From: an uncultured Methanosarcinales archaeon
GTDB taxonomy: Archaea; Nanobdellota; Nanobdellia; Woesearchaeales; JACPIF01
Length of the DNA stretch: 64,000 nucleotides
Reading direction: 5' to 3'
Assembly (NCBI GenBank): GCA_964602245.1
Contig: CAZRPY010000002.1
Location: forward strand, 49,833-113,832
Positions 10,115 through 20,291 of the stretch are shown here, piece by piece; the stretch's first letter is position 1, and each line of letters begins with the position of its first letter. The translations under genes and the position numbers were made by a program. The notes below the pieces were generated by a model. The model did no database searches. It was not told the origin of the DNA and saw only the letters and a list, made by a program, of their open reading frames with translations.

Positions 10115-10762
10115 CTATGCATACTTTGATATCTCACTTATATATCTTTCTTTATCCCAGCTATCAGGTGCTTTTAAAACTCTTTCACCATTCTTTATGA
10201 TAACCTTTGTGTGCTGGTAGGTTACTCCATATTGTTTTGCTAACTCTACTCCATCATCTGTTGTATCAGAGTCTTTGAAATTAACTCTAAAGCCAACTAC
10301 ATTAGGAAATTGTAGTTCATTAAATGCAGCAAAGGTAGATATTTGTTCTACTCTGCAGATTGGACACCAGTTCGCGTAAAAGTATAAGACAACTACTTTA
10401 TTCTCTGCCAATGCCTTTTCATAGTCTTCTTTATTATATTCAATGTATGGTGTTGTTGAGCCTGCAAGTATAGTGCCTTTTGCCATGAAAGTGCCTTCTT
10501 TAGCCATTGTATCGCCTTTTTTCTCCATAGCATCTTTCTCAGCCATAGTTTTATCTTCCATAGCTTTCTTTTCCATTGCATCCTCTTCTTTGATCATTGC
10601 GTCCTTTTGCATATCATTTTCTGCCATATTCTTGTCTTCCATAGCATCTTTTCCCATCATTTTCTTGTTTGCCTTATTTGTAGCGGTGCACCCAGCTATT
10701 AAAACAAATAAAGCAATTAAAGCTGCTAAATAAAGAGTTTTCATTTTGGCACCTATTTCCAT
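10115..10762 (-). CDS. thioredoxin-fold lipoprotein with internal AMEDK/AMEKK tandem repeats
   Basis: Signal peptide with lipobox (LIAGCTA), low-complexity (K/E)DAME(D/K)K repeats, C-terminal WCPICR CxxC thioredoxin motif. Confidence 0.65.
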   Translation of the reverse strand: MEIGAKMKTLYLAALIALFVLIAGCTATNKANKKMMGKDAMEDKNMAENDMQKDAMIKEEDAMEKKAMEDKTMAEKDAMEKKGDTMAKEGTFMAKGTILAGSTTPYIEYNKEDYEKALAENKVVVLYFYANWCPICRVEQISTFAAFNELQFPNVVGFRVNFKDSDTTDDGVELAKQYGVTYQHTKVIIKNGERVLKAPDSWDKERYISEISKYA

Positions 10763-11043
10763 GATATTATAGTTAAAATCAAAAATGCAATAGTCTGCAA
10801 TAAAGTCAATATAAAAACATGCAAACTGACCATGTCAACAAAGTAAGGGGTCATAGTTATGTAAAAATAAAAGGATGTTAGATTTTGTGCAAGGAATAAA
10901 AGATTGAAGAGCAGTAAACCAGATGTAAAGCTTGTTTTGAGCTTAAGCCAATTTCTTACATATATATAACCTAAAGCTAATAAGAATACTATATTTAAAG
11001 CTGTCAAAACAGTAGTTGCTTTCATTAAGAATTCCATTACCAT
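10753..11043 (-). CDS. small integral membrane protein
   Basis: 96 aa, three hydrophobic segments. Confidence 0.3.
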   Translation of the reverse strand: MVMEFLMKATTVLTALNIVFLLALGYIYVRNWLKLKTSFTSGLLLFNLLFLAQNLTSFYFYITMTPYFVDMVSLHVFILTLLQTIAFLILTIISWK

Positions 11044-11070
11044 ATTCGTTATCTAGATGCCCTATTTTAA

Positions 11071-11355
11071 TTACTTTTTCCCAAATTTCTTCCAAATCTC
11101 ATGGAATTCTTGCCATAATGCTTTAATATCCTCAGAAAGAAAGTAAACTGCTCCATATTTACCTTTGTTAATTGGAGATAAAAGATTATTATCTGCAAGT
11201 ATTCTTAGATGATGTTGTATTGTTTTATAATCCAATTTAAGTTTGTTTGCTAACTGATTTGCATTCATAGGCATCTTTTTTATAGCTATTATAATCCTTG
11301 TTCTGGTCTCTCCACCACGAGTGCCTAATAAAAGATACCAGATAAGGTTTTTCAT
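11071..11355 (-). CDS. winged-helix transcriptional regulator (ArsR/PadR-like)
   Basis: NANQLANKLKLDYKTIQHHLRILADNNLL HTH-like segment. Confidence 0.5.
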   Translation of the reverse strand: MKNLIWYLLLGTRGGETRTRIIIAIKKMPMNANQLANKLKLDYKTIQHHLRILADNNLLSPINKGKYGAVYFLSEDIKALWQEFHEIWKKFGKK

Positions 11356-11392
11356 AAGGTAAAAGGATAAAAGAAGTTATATAAGAAAGTTG

Positions 11393-11971
11393 CTAGCTTG
11401 GCGTTATATATAGCTCATCTGCATCGTATAATTTGCCTATTCTTTCTAGCATTTTTCCTCTTATTGAGTCAACTACAGGTTTTGGAACAGCTTCTACATC
11501 TGAATGTTTAGTAATTACTATAATTGGATGAGGTGCCCATCTTGGATGATTTTGGTCATATAGAGGATTCATAGCAATTGAAAATAAAGGTTGACTGTTA
11601 TAGCTTAAAAAAGGATTAATATCTGAGCTAGGAGAAAATGCTTTATTTAATTCTCCTTCTAGTTGCGATAAATGTTCTTTGGCTGCTTGTCCATGCTCAG
11701 TAAGAAATAAAGATAAGTAGAGCTTTTTGAATACTTCAATAGCTCTTGAATGTTCTTCTTGATGAGTGCCTTTATCAGATTCAAATACATAAGTAAGAGC
11801 CATTATAGTAGGATCTGCAATAAAATCCAGAACTGGATTTTTGTCTAGGGTTGTATCGTCTGGAACACATACATAACTCACTTGATTTGCATATTTCTTA
11901 GTAAATGGGCATACACTCCGTCCTGACTCAAAGAATTCTTTAACTCTTTGAAGTCTTTCATTATTTATCAT
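11393..11971 (-). CDS. hypothetical protein (start trimmed to internal Met)
   Basis: Track ORF extends to 12301 but its first 110 codons overlap fba antisense; MINNERLQ Met at 11971 gives a non-overlapping gene. Confidence 0.4.
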   Translation of the reverse strand: MINNERLQRVKEFFESGRSVCPFTKKYANQVSYVCVPDDTTLDKNPVLDFIADPTIMALTYVFESDKGTHQEEHSRAIEVFKKLYLSLFLTEHGQAAKEHLSQLEGELNKAFSPSSDINPFLSYNSQPLFSIAMNPLYDQNHPRWAPHPIIVITKHSDVEAVPKPVVDSIRGKMLERIGKLYDADELYITPS

Positions 11972-12050
11972 ATTCTTCAGAATAAAATAACCTTTTAAAA
12001 ACTTTATGACAACCAAAACCCTTATATACCTTAATTTAGAATAAAATCTT

Positions 12051-12965
12051 ATGCTAGTATCATCCAAAGAAGTTCTCACTAAAGCACAGAAAGGAAAGTA
12101 TGCAGTTGGTGCTTTTAATGTTAATGACTTGGAGATAATGGAGGCTATTGTTGCTGGAGCGATTAGGCTAAGAAGTCCTGTTATATTGCAGACTACTGAG
12201 GGAGCAATTGAATATGCTGGATTAAAGTATCTTGCTGGAATGATTAAAACTGCTGCACATGAGAATAAGATCCCTATTGTTTTGCATTTAGACCATGGCA
12301 AAGATATTAAGATTATTAAGCAATGTATTAAAGAGGGCTATACATCTGTTATGATAGATGCCTCACAATACGATTTTGATAAGAATATTAGCATTACTAA
12401 GAAAGTGGTTTCATTGTGCCATAGGAAAGGTATTTCTGTTGAGGCTGAGCTTGGAATTATAGGAGGCGCAGAGGATAAGGTTTCAAAGAGAAGAATAATA
12501 TTAACAGATACTAATTATGCTAAATTATTTGTTGACAAAACTGGAGTTGATTCGTTAGCAGTTGCAATTGGAACATCCCATGGTGCTTATAAGTTTAATG
12601 GTGGAGGAAAGTTAGATATTAAAAGGCTAAAAGAGATAAGAGCTAAGGTAAAGATACCTTTAGTACTACATGGAGCTTCTGGAGTTCCAAGAGATATTGT
12701 CAGAAAGGCTGTTAAGTATGGTGCTAAGCTAGAAGATGTTTCTGGTGTTCCAGATAGCCAGATTAAGCAAGCTATTAAAAATGGGATCTGCAAGATAAAT
12801 ACTGATACAGATTTAAGGCTTTCTTTTACTGCTGCAGAGAGAGAGTTTTTAGCTAAGCATCCAGGAGAGTTTGACCCAAGGAAGATTTTAAAACCTGCTA
12901 AAGAGCTAATACAGAAAACTGTGGAGAGAAGGATTAGGTTGTTTGGGAGTGGAGGGAAAGCGTAG
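12051..12965 (+). CDS. fba: class II fructose-bisphosphate aldolase
   Basis: LHLDHG, GTSHGAYKF and LVLHGASG motifs of class II (metal-dependent) FBA/tagatose-bisphosphate aldolase family. Confidence 0.85.
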   Translation: MLVSSKEVLTKAQKGKYAVGAFNVNDLEIMEAIVAGAIRLRSPVILQTTEGAIEYAGLKYLAGMIKTAAHENKIPIVLHLDHGKDIKIIKQCIKEGYTSVMIDASQYDFDKNISITKKVVSLCHRKGISVEAELGIIGGAEDKVSKRRIILTDTNYAKLFVDKTGVDSLAVAIGTSHGAYKFNGGGKLDIKRLKEIRAKVKIPLVLHGASGVPRDIVRKAVKYGAKLEDVSGVPDSQIKQAIKNGICKINTDTDLRLSFTAAEREFLAKHPGEFDPRKILKPAKELIQKTVERRIRLFGSGGKA

Positions 12966-13006
12966 GTTGCGAAATCTTTTTAAATTATAACTTAGTTTTC
13001 TCTGTT

Positions 13007-13291
13007 ATGGCTAAAAGTCAGGCATATGTCAAACCTTTACGATTTTTAGAGCATGAGATTGTGATTCACTATTGGTTACCATATAAAAATGCCAGAGGGA
13101 ATGGCACATATGGAACTTCATTTGTACCCTATGCAAAAATACTAGCACTGCCTGAGATTCCCTCAAAACTACTTTTAGAGCCTCATAGACAGTTTGAGAT
13201 TCATGTACCTGTTGTAGACAAGACTTTGGTATATATGCTTCAGAAATCTGAATGGTTCGATGATGAACTACATGGTCCTTTCTTGAAATGA
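13007..13291 (+). CDS. hypothetical protein
   Basis: 94-aa ORF; an overlapping antisense ORF of equal length exists, so orientation is uncertain. Confidence 0.25.
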   Translation: MAKSQAYVKPLRFLEHEIVIHYWLPYKNARGNGTYGTSFVPYAKILALPEIPSKLLLEPHRQFEIHVPVVDKTLVYMLQKSEWFDDELHGPFLK

Positions 13292-13381
13292 GTTTAGGCA
13301 TGTTAAGCATAAAGTTTATATATTAGTTATACATTGTAGATAATTAGTTATACATGGGTATAATTTATATAGGCAGTAGTC

Positions 13382-13600
13382 ATGATAACCACAAAAACAA
13401 GAAAATGGGGCAACTCTCTTGGTGTAAGGATACCAGTAGAGATAGTTAAAGAGATGAGATTAAAAGAGAATCAGGAGATTGTGATAGATATTAAGCCGAA
13501 GGAAAATCCTTTGAAGGAATTGTTTGGCTCAGTAAAGTTAAGTAAGCCTACTGAACAATTATTAAAGGAAATTCGAGGAAAAGAGAGTAAATACATTTAA
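13382..13600 (+). CDS. SpoVT/AbrB (MazE-like) antitoxin, paralog 2
   Basis: KWGNSLGVRIPVEI; conserved upstream tttatatattagttatacat motif with two agttatacat repeats. Confidence 0.7.
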   Translation: MITTKTRKWGNSLGVRIPVEIVKEMRLKENQEIVIDIKPKENPLKELFGSVKLSKPTEQLLKEIRGKESKYI

Positions 13601-13601
13601 C

Positions 13602-13961
13602 ATGTTCTGCTTAGATACCTATGCACTGGCTGAAATTGGAGATGGAAATCCCAAATTTATAGACTTTTTAAATAAGGAATTTATTATAACAGATTTGACT
13701 TTGGCAGAATACTATTCTGTTTTATATAGGGAAGGTAAAGAAGATAAAGCAATTTACTGGCACAGCATATTAGCATCTTTTTGCAAGCCAGTTAGCAGAG
13801 AAATTTTAATAAAAGCATTAAAATATAGAATAGACAACAAAAAAGAAGATTTGTCAATTTTTGATTGTGTCGGATATATTTATTCTCTAGAGAATAAATT
13901 ACAATTTGTTACTGGCGATAGGGCTTTCGAAGGTAGAAAAGGAGTTTTATTTATTAAATAA
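13602..13961 (+). CDS. PIN-domain (VapC-like) toxin, paralog 2
   Basis: LDTYALAEI, IFDCVGY, FVTGDRAF; same architecture as 7655..8014. Confidence 0.6.
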   Translation: MFCLDTYALAEIGDGNPKFIDFLNKEFIITDLTLAEYYSVLYREGKEDKAIYWHSILASFCKPVSREILIKALKYRIDNKKEDLSIFDCVGYIYSLENKLQFVTGDRAFEGRKGVLFIK

Positions 13962-14014
13962 TTAATCTTAGTAGACTTTTAAAACATTTTTACTAATTCC
14001 TGCACAGACTTATG

Positions 14015-14488
14015 TTAGCATTTACTTAATGGAGGTACTAAATAAGCTTGGCCTAAACCTAATTCATTGTGTGCAGATTCTATAGTCGATATAGGCGGCT
14101 TATGCCTACCAGTTTCATAACCTTTGTAAGTTTTAGATTTAATTTTAAGTTTTCTAGCAAATTCTTCCTGAGTTAAATTCTGAGATAATCTATGTTTTTT
14201 CCATACTTTACCAATATAATTATTGTCGTAATTTCCAAAAAGGAAACCTCTAATTCCTAAATCCTCTATTACAAGATCTGATTTTCTATAAATTACAATT
14301 GGTATATATTTAATACCATAACCAAGTCTTTCTAGTGTTCTAAGATTTGTGTTTCTATTTTTATTCCCACTGCGAATTAAATATAACTGTTGTCTATGCA
14401 TACCTATAAGATCAGCTAGCTCTCCCAAATTTTTGCCTGTATCATTAGGAAGCTCATTTACTCTATCAATAAGATTTTTTTTCTTCAT
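14015..14488 (-). CDS. tandem helix-turn-helix (XRE-like) DNA-binding protein
   Basis: Two HTH-like segments (GELADLIGMHRQQLYLIRSG and LTQEEFARKLKIKSKTYKGYETG). Confidence 0.45.
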   Translation of the reverse strand: MKKKNLIDRVNELPNDTGKNLGELADLIGMHRQQLYLIRSGNKNRNTNLRTLERLGYGIKYIPIVIYRKSDLVIEDLGIRGFLFGNYDNNYIGKVWKKHRLSQNLTQEEFARKLKIKSKTYKGYETGRHKPPISTIESAHNELGLGQAYLVPPLSKC

Positions 14489-14539
14489 ATTATAGTATAA
14501 TAGAAATGTAATTATAAATATTACTATAACATAAAAGTT

Positions 14540-14959
14540 TTATTTTGGTGTTTTCTTTAATACATGCTTATCATAAAGATTTTCAATTAGATCTTCAACT
14601 TGGATCTTTGCTCTCCTTGGTAATACCATTAGTTTCTGAGCAGGGCTTAAGACTATACCAACTCCATCAAATTTAAAATCAGGATTGTATTTTCTAACAA
14701 GCCTTTTAATCTCTTTTCTTTGCTTCTGATTTGGGTTAAGTAAATTAATATACATCAAAAATATACTTCTTGCTGGTTCCTTACCTTTTATTGCGTATCT
14801 TAATTCATTATAACCTTTTTCAAATGATCCGATATAGTTTATGTGAAGTGAGCTCACTGCTAATCCTGGATGGACTCTATGGATATATCTAGCCAAATCT
14901 AATTGATCTAAATCTGTTGAATCTCTTACTTGTCTTAAGTATGTTGCTAAATCTTCCAT
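14540..14959 (-). CDS. hypothetical protein
   Basis: 139-aa ORF upstream of, and co-oriented with, the HTH gene. Confidence 0.3.
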   Translation of the reverse strand: MEDLATYLRQVRDSTDLDQLDLARYIHRVHPGLAVSSLHINYIGSFEKGYNELRYAIKGKEPARSIFLMYINLLNPNQKQRKEIKRLVRKYNPDFKFDGVGIVLSPAQKLMVLPRRAKIQVEDLIENLYDKHVLKKTPK

Positions 14960-15021
14960 TTGTGAGAGTAACTTTACTAATCAATTATCAATTGGAGTAA
15001 TTTTATAACTCTTTTTAAATA

Positions 15022-16839
15022 TTATGCCTTTTTTAGGAATTCAACTAAACTTTTTACAGTTTTAAACTCCATACATCTCTGCTTATAACAGTCTTGTATA
15101 TTTGTAGACATTATTTGTATGCAATTCAATGGCAAAAGTTGCCAATCTATTAGCTCTGGAGTATGGATTTCATGTAAATTACCATTTTTAAGAAATGCTA
15201 CTAGATTAAAGAAGTCATAATTCAGTGGCTCTTTGTAATGGCTTGGGCTGTATTCTTTTTGTAAAATTAATTGTGCTCTAAATATAGAAAATTCTGATAA
15301 TGAAGTGCTGGATGGAATAGGGTGGTCAATTTTCTGTGCAGAGATTTCTATAAAATCATCAGCTTTGTTTTCAATCCAACCATCACCCTTTTGGAATTCT
15401 TTTATTTTCTTAAGTAATTGTTTAATTATACTCTTATATTCTCTTGTCTCCTCATAAACATATGTTGCAAATAATAGCATGCTAGCATAATCTTCCAGAA
15501 ATTCGTCTTTTTGCAATGAATCATTAATAGAGCTATGAGCTAATTTACCATTTATGTAATGTTTTGCAAGGAGGTTCTTAAATAAAATTATAGCCTTGTC
15601 TTTTGCTTTTTCATTGCCTATGCACCTATATGCCAATAACAATGCAATTCCTGCTAATGCATTCCAGCTAGTTATAATCTTTTTATCAGTAAAAGGCTGA
15701 TCTCTATTTTTCCTTATTTGCAATAGTTTATTTTCTATTTCTGGAAGAAAGGCAAATGTTCTTTTTATTAAGTGATTTTTACCTTCAAAATTACCTTTTT
15801 CATTTATCTCATAGAGTTCTGTGAATTGATTAAATTCCCCTTCAGTTAGAACTTTCTGTAACTCTTCCTCTGACCATAAATATGTTGCACCTTCTTCATG
15901 GTTTGTATCTGCGTTATGTGCACTGTAGAATAAGTTATTATGCTGATAAGTCTCCTCCAAGCAAGTAATAATTTTATTTGCTATAATTTTATACTCCTCT
16001 TTCTTTAACACTTTATATGCTACACTATAAACCAATAATAGCATAGCTTGGTCATACAGCATTTTCTCAAAATGGGGAATAGTCCATTGGTTATCTACAC
16101 AATAACGATAAAAACCACCTTGCAGATGATCTTGTAAGCCTCTAGTAGCCATTATGTCCAGAGTTTTTTCTATTATTTCCCTAACCTCTGAATCTTTAGT
16201 TTCCTCGTAATAACTTATTAGAAATAAGAGTGTATTATGAGGAGGAAATTTAGGAATACCAAAACCTCCATTGTCAAAGTCAGCTCCTGATTTTATTGCT
16301 TCAATCACTTGTTTTTCTTTAATATTTTCTGTTGTTATTGCATATGGTTTGTACATTTCTATCTTTTCTTTATGTTTTTCATAACCTTCTTTTATCATTT
16401 TTAATATATTAAGAAATGGTGGCAATCCATAGCTTGGAGCAACTGGAGCATAAGTTAAGGCGTAAAATGGCTTTCCATCAGGAGTTAGGAACACATTTAA
16501 TGGCCAGCCACCACTGCCCTGAGTTTCTATGATAAAAGACATCATATACTGGTCAATGTCTGGGCGTTGCTCTCTATCTACTTTTATAGAGACAAACTGT
16601 TCATTCAAGTAGTCTGCAATTTCTTTATCAGAAAAGGCTTCTGAAGCCATTACATGGCACCAATGACAGGTTGCATAGCCTATAGAAACAAAAATTAGCT
16701 TATTATTTTTCTTTGCATATTCTAAAACTTCTTTGTTCCATTCCTGCCAATGTATAGGATTATCTTTATGCTGTTGTAAGTATGGTGAGGATGCTTTGTC
16801 AAGGTTATTACGTTCAAAGTTAATCATAGCTTTTGGCAA
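15022..16839 (-). CDS. thioredoxin-domain protein of the DUF255 / YyaL / SPATA20 family
   Basis: N-terminal thioredoxin-like domain with CHWCH motif and DREQRPDID, long alpha/alpha-toroid-like C-terminal region; 605 aa. Confidence 0.85.
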   Translation of the reverse strand: MPKAMINFERNNLDKASSPYLQQHKDNPIHWQEWNKEVLEYAKKNNKLIFVSIGYATCHWCHVMASEAFSDKEIADYLNEQFVSIKVDREQRPDIDQYMMSFIIETQGSGGWPLNVFLTPDGKPFYALTYAPVAPSYGLPPFLNILKMIKEGYEKHKEKIEMYKPYAITTENIKEKQVIEAIKSGADFDNGGFGIPKFPPHNTLLFLISYYEETKDSEVREIIEKTLDIMATRGLQDHLQGGFYRYCVDNQWTIPHFEKMLYDQAMLLLVYSVAYKVLKKEEYKIIANKIITCLEETYQHNNLFYSAHNADTNHEEGATYLWSEEELQKVLTEGEFNQFTELYEINEKGNFEGKNHLIKRTFAFLPEIENKLLQIRKNRDQPFTDKKIITSWNALAGIALLLAYRCIGNEKAKDKAIILFKNLLAKHYINGKLAHSSINDSLQKDEFLEDYASMLLFATYVYEETREYKSIIKQLLKKIKEFQKGDGWIENKADDFIEISAQKIDHPIPSSTSLSEFSIFRAQLILQKEYSPSHYKEPLNYDFFNLVAFLKNGNLHEIHTPELIDWQLLPLNCIQIMSTNIQDCYKQRCMEFKTVKSLVEFLKKA

Positions 16840-16881
16840 ATCTTAGATACTTTTAAATATATCTTAAATTCTTGATTTATT

Positions 16882-17400
16882 ATGAAAGTCGTTGTAGGAG
16901 CAGATCATAACGGTTTTTTTCTGAAGAAAGATATAATTAAGTATTTAAAAAGTAAGAAAATCCAAGTTTCTGATATTGGGCCTTATGAGTTTGACAAGAA
17001 TGATGATTATCCAGTGTATGTAAAAAAGGTTGCAGAAGAGGTAACTAAAAATCCTAAAGATAATAGAGGTATTATAGTATGTGGCTCTGGTACAGGTGTT
17101 GCAATAGCTGCAAATAAGGTTAAAGGTATTATAGCTGCAGAAGTTAATACAGAAGATTCAGTTTATCTTGCAAGAAGCCATAACGATATTAGTGTTCTAT
17201 GCCTGAATGGGCTGGATTTTAAAGGATTTTATAAAAAACTCAGGAAGAAAAGTAGCAATACTCTGCTGATGGATTTAAAGCCAAAGAAGGTAAGCTTAGC
17301 AAAAGTCAAGAAATTAATTGATATATTTCTAAAGACTAAATTTGATGGTGGAAGGCATCTGAGAAGGATGGAGATGATTAGGGAGATGGAGGAAGGGTAA
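16882..17400 (+). CDS. rpiB: ribose-5-phosphate isomerase B
   Basis: GADHNGF, CGSGTGVAIAANK, RSHND, GGRH motifs of the RpiB/LacAB family. Confidence 0.85.
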   Translation: MKVVVGADHNGFFLKKDIIKYLKSKKIQVSDIGPYEFDKNDDYPVYVKKVAEEVTKNPKDNRGIIVCGSGTGVAIAANKVKGIIAAEVNTEDSVYLARSHNDISVLCLNGLDFKGFYKKLRKKSSNTLLMDLKPKKVSLAKVKKLIDIFLKTKFDGGRHLRRMEMIREMEEG

Positions 17401-17403
17401 CCT

Positions 17404-18045
17404 ATGCCAGAAATAATCCCTTCTATAATAGCATTCAGCAAAGAAGACTTTCTATCAAAACTTAAATTAGTTGAGCCTTATGTTAAAAAGGTGCATTTTG
17501 ATGTGATGGATAGCAAGTTTGTGGCTGCTAAAACTATAGATTTTAATGCCTTAAAAGGATTAAAGACTAGGGTGAAGATAGAAGCACACTTGATGGTTGA
17601 TAGTCCTTGGCTATATGTAAAGGATTATGCCATATACTGCGATACAGTTATTTTTCACTATGAAGCATGCAAGGATGAAAAAGAGGTAAAAGACACAATT
17701 ATAAGAGTTAGAGAGAAAAAGAAAGCAGTTGGAATTGCAATCAATCCAGAGACTAATGTTTTATCAATTAAAAAAATAATTCCACTAGTTGACCAGGTTT
17801 TAATAATGACTGTTATACCTGGAAGATATGGCGCAGCTTTAGTTCCTGAAGCTTTAAATAAGATTAAGCAAGTTAGGAAAATTAGCACTAAGGTTAGGAT
17901 AGAAACTGATGGAGCTATGAAAGTTGGAAGTGCAAGAATTGCTGCAAAAGAAGGGGCTGATTTAATTGTAGCTGGCTCTGCAATATTTGCAAGTGATGAT
18001 CCTAGGAAGGCTATTGAAGATTTAAGAAGAGATGTTAGGGTTTAA
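17404..18045 (+). CDS. rpe: ribulose-phosphate 3-epimerase
   Basis: HFDVMDSKFV, HLMV, GA.K...GADLIVAGSAIF motifs; immediately downstream of rpiB. Confidence 0.85.
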   Translation: MPEIIPSIIAFSKEDFLSKLKLVEPYVKKVHFDVMDSKFVAAKTIDFNALKGLKTRVKIEAHLMVDSPWLYVKDYAIYCDTVIFHYEACKDEKEVKDTIIRVREKKKAVGIAINPETNVLSIKKIIPLVDQVLIMTVIPGRYGAALVPEALNKIKQVRKISTKVRIETDGAMKVGSARIAAKEGADLIVAGSAIFASDDPRKAIEDLRRDVRV

Positions 18046-18075
18046 AGAAATCGAAGCATACTTGGATTTCTATTT

Positions 18076-18282
18076 TTAAGAAATTTTAGCTTCTTCTATA
18101 ACCTCTCTTTTTAGGATTTTACTTGCATTCAAAATTTCAACACCTACTAATTTGTTGTTATTGTCAAAGTCAAGAATAATATTCTCATTTAATTCTATTG
18201 TTTTCTTGACTTCGCCATCTTTTATAGGATACTCTAAATAAAGATAGGCTGCGTCTACGCTTTTATCATATTCGAATTTCAT
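18076..18282 (-). CDS. DUF2283-family small protein
   Basis: YD.S.DAAYLYL...NIILDFDNNNKLVGVEIL pattern typical of DUF2283. Confidence 0.55.
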   Translation of the reverse strand: MKFEYDKSVDAAYLYLEYPIKDGEVKKTIELNENIILDFDNNNKLVGVEILNASKILKREVIEEAKIS

Positions 18283-18365
18283 GGATTAGATTACTGTTAT
18301 TATCTTTATATATTTTTCTGTTTAGTTTCTTTGTAATTTCTTCACTATATTTATCTGTATACAAC

Positions 18366-18593
18366 TTAAGCTACCTCTTTCTCAAACTTTTCACGATATA
18401 GATGCTTACCTTTCACAATTTTGAGTATTTTCTTTTTGTACTCAGGCCTTAATTCAGGTGCAAGAAATCCTTATCCATGTTCCTTAGCAATTATGTTGAT
18501 TGCCTCACTCTTATCTTTTAAGCCATACTTAGCCTTTACGATATTAATAATCCTGTTAGCATCCTCATCGATTTTGACAATAGCCTGTACCAT
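18366..18593 (-). pseudogene. small RHH/antitoxin-like gene interrupted by an in-frame TAA (40 aa + 35 aa)
   Basis: Minus-strand reading MVQAIVKIDEDANRIINIVKAKYGLKDKSEAINIIAKEHG-TAA-GFLAPELRPEYKKKILKIVKGKHLYREKFEKEVA in one frame; downstream part has no Met. Confidence 0.3.
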
Positions 18594-19226
18594 AATATCA
18601 CCTTAATACTATATTAGTATGTGTTAATATGTAAAACTTTTGATTGAATCCGCCTATTTTTGGATTTGGCAAGAATTGTAACTACTGCTAAAAGGCAATA
18701 AAAACGAAAGATTTAAATATCTCTTGTGTTTAACATAAACTGTGAAAAGACGCGAATTGTCCGATGATGTTGTAGAGGCTTTAGAAGCTAATCCGAGTGA
18801 AACAGTAGAACTTTTAAAGAGATTTAATGTTGACGAATATTGGGAAAAACCATTTCATGTGCCTAATAATCCGCAAGATACAACAGCAATGATGAGATAT
18901 ATTGGCAGGTTAAAACAAGAAGGGTAGGATATCGGCAAAGGGGATTCTCAATTCGGATATAATATGCCTATTCCTGAAAAAGGAACAAGCACTCGCTATC
19001 TTCAAATTTTTAGAAGAAGATAATTTATGAAATACAATTCTTGCCCTTAATACTTTTATTTGATTGAACTTCGTTCTTAATTTAGGCTGACTCAAAAACT
19101 TTGCTTTCATCAACTCTTTGCACTTTAGTTTCGCTCAGGGGGTATAACGCGCAATCGCATACGTTAAACTTCAATTTTTAAAACCCAAACATTATCTTTA
19201 TATAAATTTATAAACTATATTCTGCT

Positions 19227-19814
19227 ATGTGGAGTTACATGAAGGAAAATGTAAGATATATTATATTAGCAGTTGCAATATTGATGATTATTGGAGTTAT
19301 ACTAATTATACAAAAGCCTTACAAAAAGACAGAAATTGTGCAGGGAGAAGCGCTTGGAGTTAAAAAAGCTCAAGAAACAGGCATTGAGATAGGCAGCTTA
19401 GCTCCAAATTTCATATTAAAGGATATAAATGGCAATTTAGTAAAATTATCAGATTTCAGAGACAAGAAAGCAGTGGTGATTAACTTTTGGGCATCATGGT
19501 GTCCTTTCTGCCTTGAAGAGATGCCTGATTTTGAAGAGGGATCACAGAAGTATAAGGACGAGGTTGTAATATTAGGCATTAACAGAGGAGAAAAACAGGA
19601 TGTTGCAATTAATTATGCAAAGAATCAGTTACCTGTTGAGATTACATATCCAGTATTGTTAGACAGTAATGAAGATGTATCAAATGTCTATATTTTAAGA
19701 GGTATGCCTGTAACATATTTTATTAATAAAAATGGAATAATAATTAACAGGTATTTTGGTAAAATTACTAAAGAGATAATGGAGCAGGAGATTGAGAAAT
19801 TAATTGAAAAATGA
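19227..19814 (+). CDS. TlpA/ResA-like membrane-anchored thiol:disulfide oxidoreductase
   Basis: N-terminal TM helix; VINFWASWCPFCLEEMP thioredoxin-fold CxxC motif. Confidence 0.8.
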   Translation: MWSYMKENVRYIILAVAILMIIGVILIIQKPYKKTEIVQGEALGVKKAQETGIEIGSLAPNFILKDINGNLVKLSDFRDKKAVVINFWASWCPFCLEEMPDFEEGSQKYKDEVVILGINRGEKQDVAINYAKNQLPVEITYPVLLDSNEDVSNVYILRGMPVTYFINKNGIIINRYFGKITKEIMEQEIEKLIEK

Positions 19815-20035
19815 TTAAAAACAAAATAATGCTAGTATTAATATCGATAATAATTAGCAGCTTAATTATAAGTGGATGTGCTGAAACACAAACCTTTAGC
19901 AAAGAAGATAAGATATATAATCCACCTGTAACTAGGGGTGATGAGAAGCAAAGCCCTAGTGCAATTATTAATGATAGCTTTATTGAGAACGAAGATGTAG
20001 GTTGCTCTGAGATTGACGAGCCAAAAAATTTTTAA
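19811..20035 (+). CDS. small lipoprotein
   Basis: Signal peptide ending in lipobox-like IISGCAE; 4-nt overlap with the tlpA-like gene. Confidence 0.4.
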   Translation: MIKNKIMLVLISIIISSLIISGCAETQTFSKEDKIYNPPVTRGDEKQSPSAIINDSFIENEDVGCSEIDEPKNF

Positions 20036-20291
20036 TTATAGATAAGCAAGGGCATGTGGAAAAGAGGTGTGCAAAACCACGTACCCTGCTCTCTTTTAAT
20101 ATGAATAACGTAGTCCATCTACCCAAAAAATAAACCCTTTTACAAAGCCTGTAAAACTTTACCATATATAAAGATTTTGCTTAAGCCATTCATAAGGCTT
20201 TTAAAGGATAACTGAAGAGTTAAACAAAAAGTATATATAGTTAAGAGGATATATAATTCTTAATTGCACTCTGATTTTTGGGGTTATAAAC

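Noticed and set aside
10490-10690. Periodic ccatagc / gccat DNA repeats that could be mistaken for a CRISPR-like array
   Set aside because: The repeats are in frame inside the thioredoxin lipoprotein gene and encode its AMEDK/AMEKK low-complexity linker. There is no spacer-repeat regularity, so this is not CRISPR
11972-12301. N-terminal 110 codons of track ORF 11393..12301 (minus)
   Set aside because: Overlaps the well-supported fba gene on the opposite strand. The sequence is hydrophobic and low-complexity, consistent with antisense read-through of a real gene, so the start was trimmed to the internal Met at 11971
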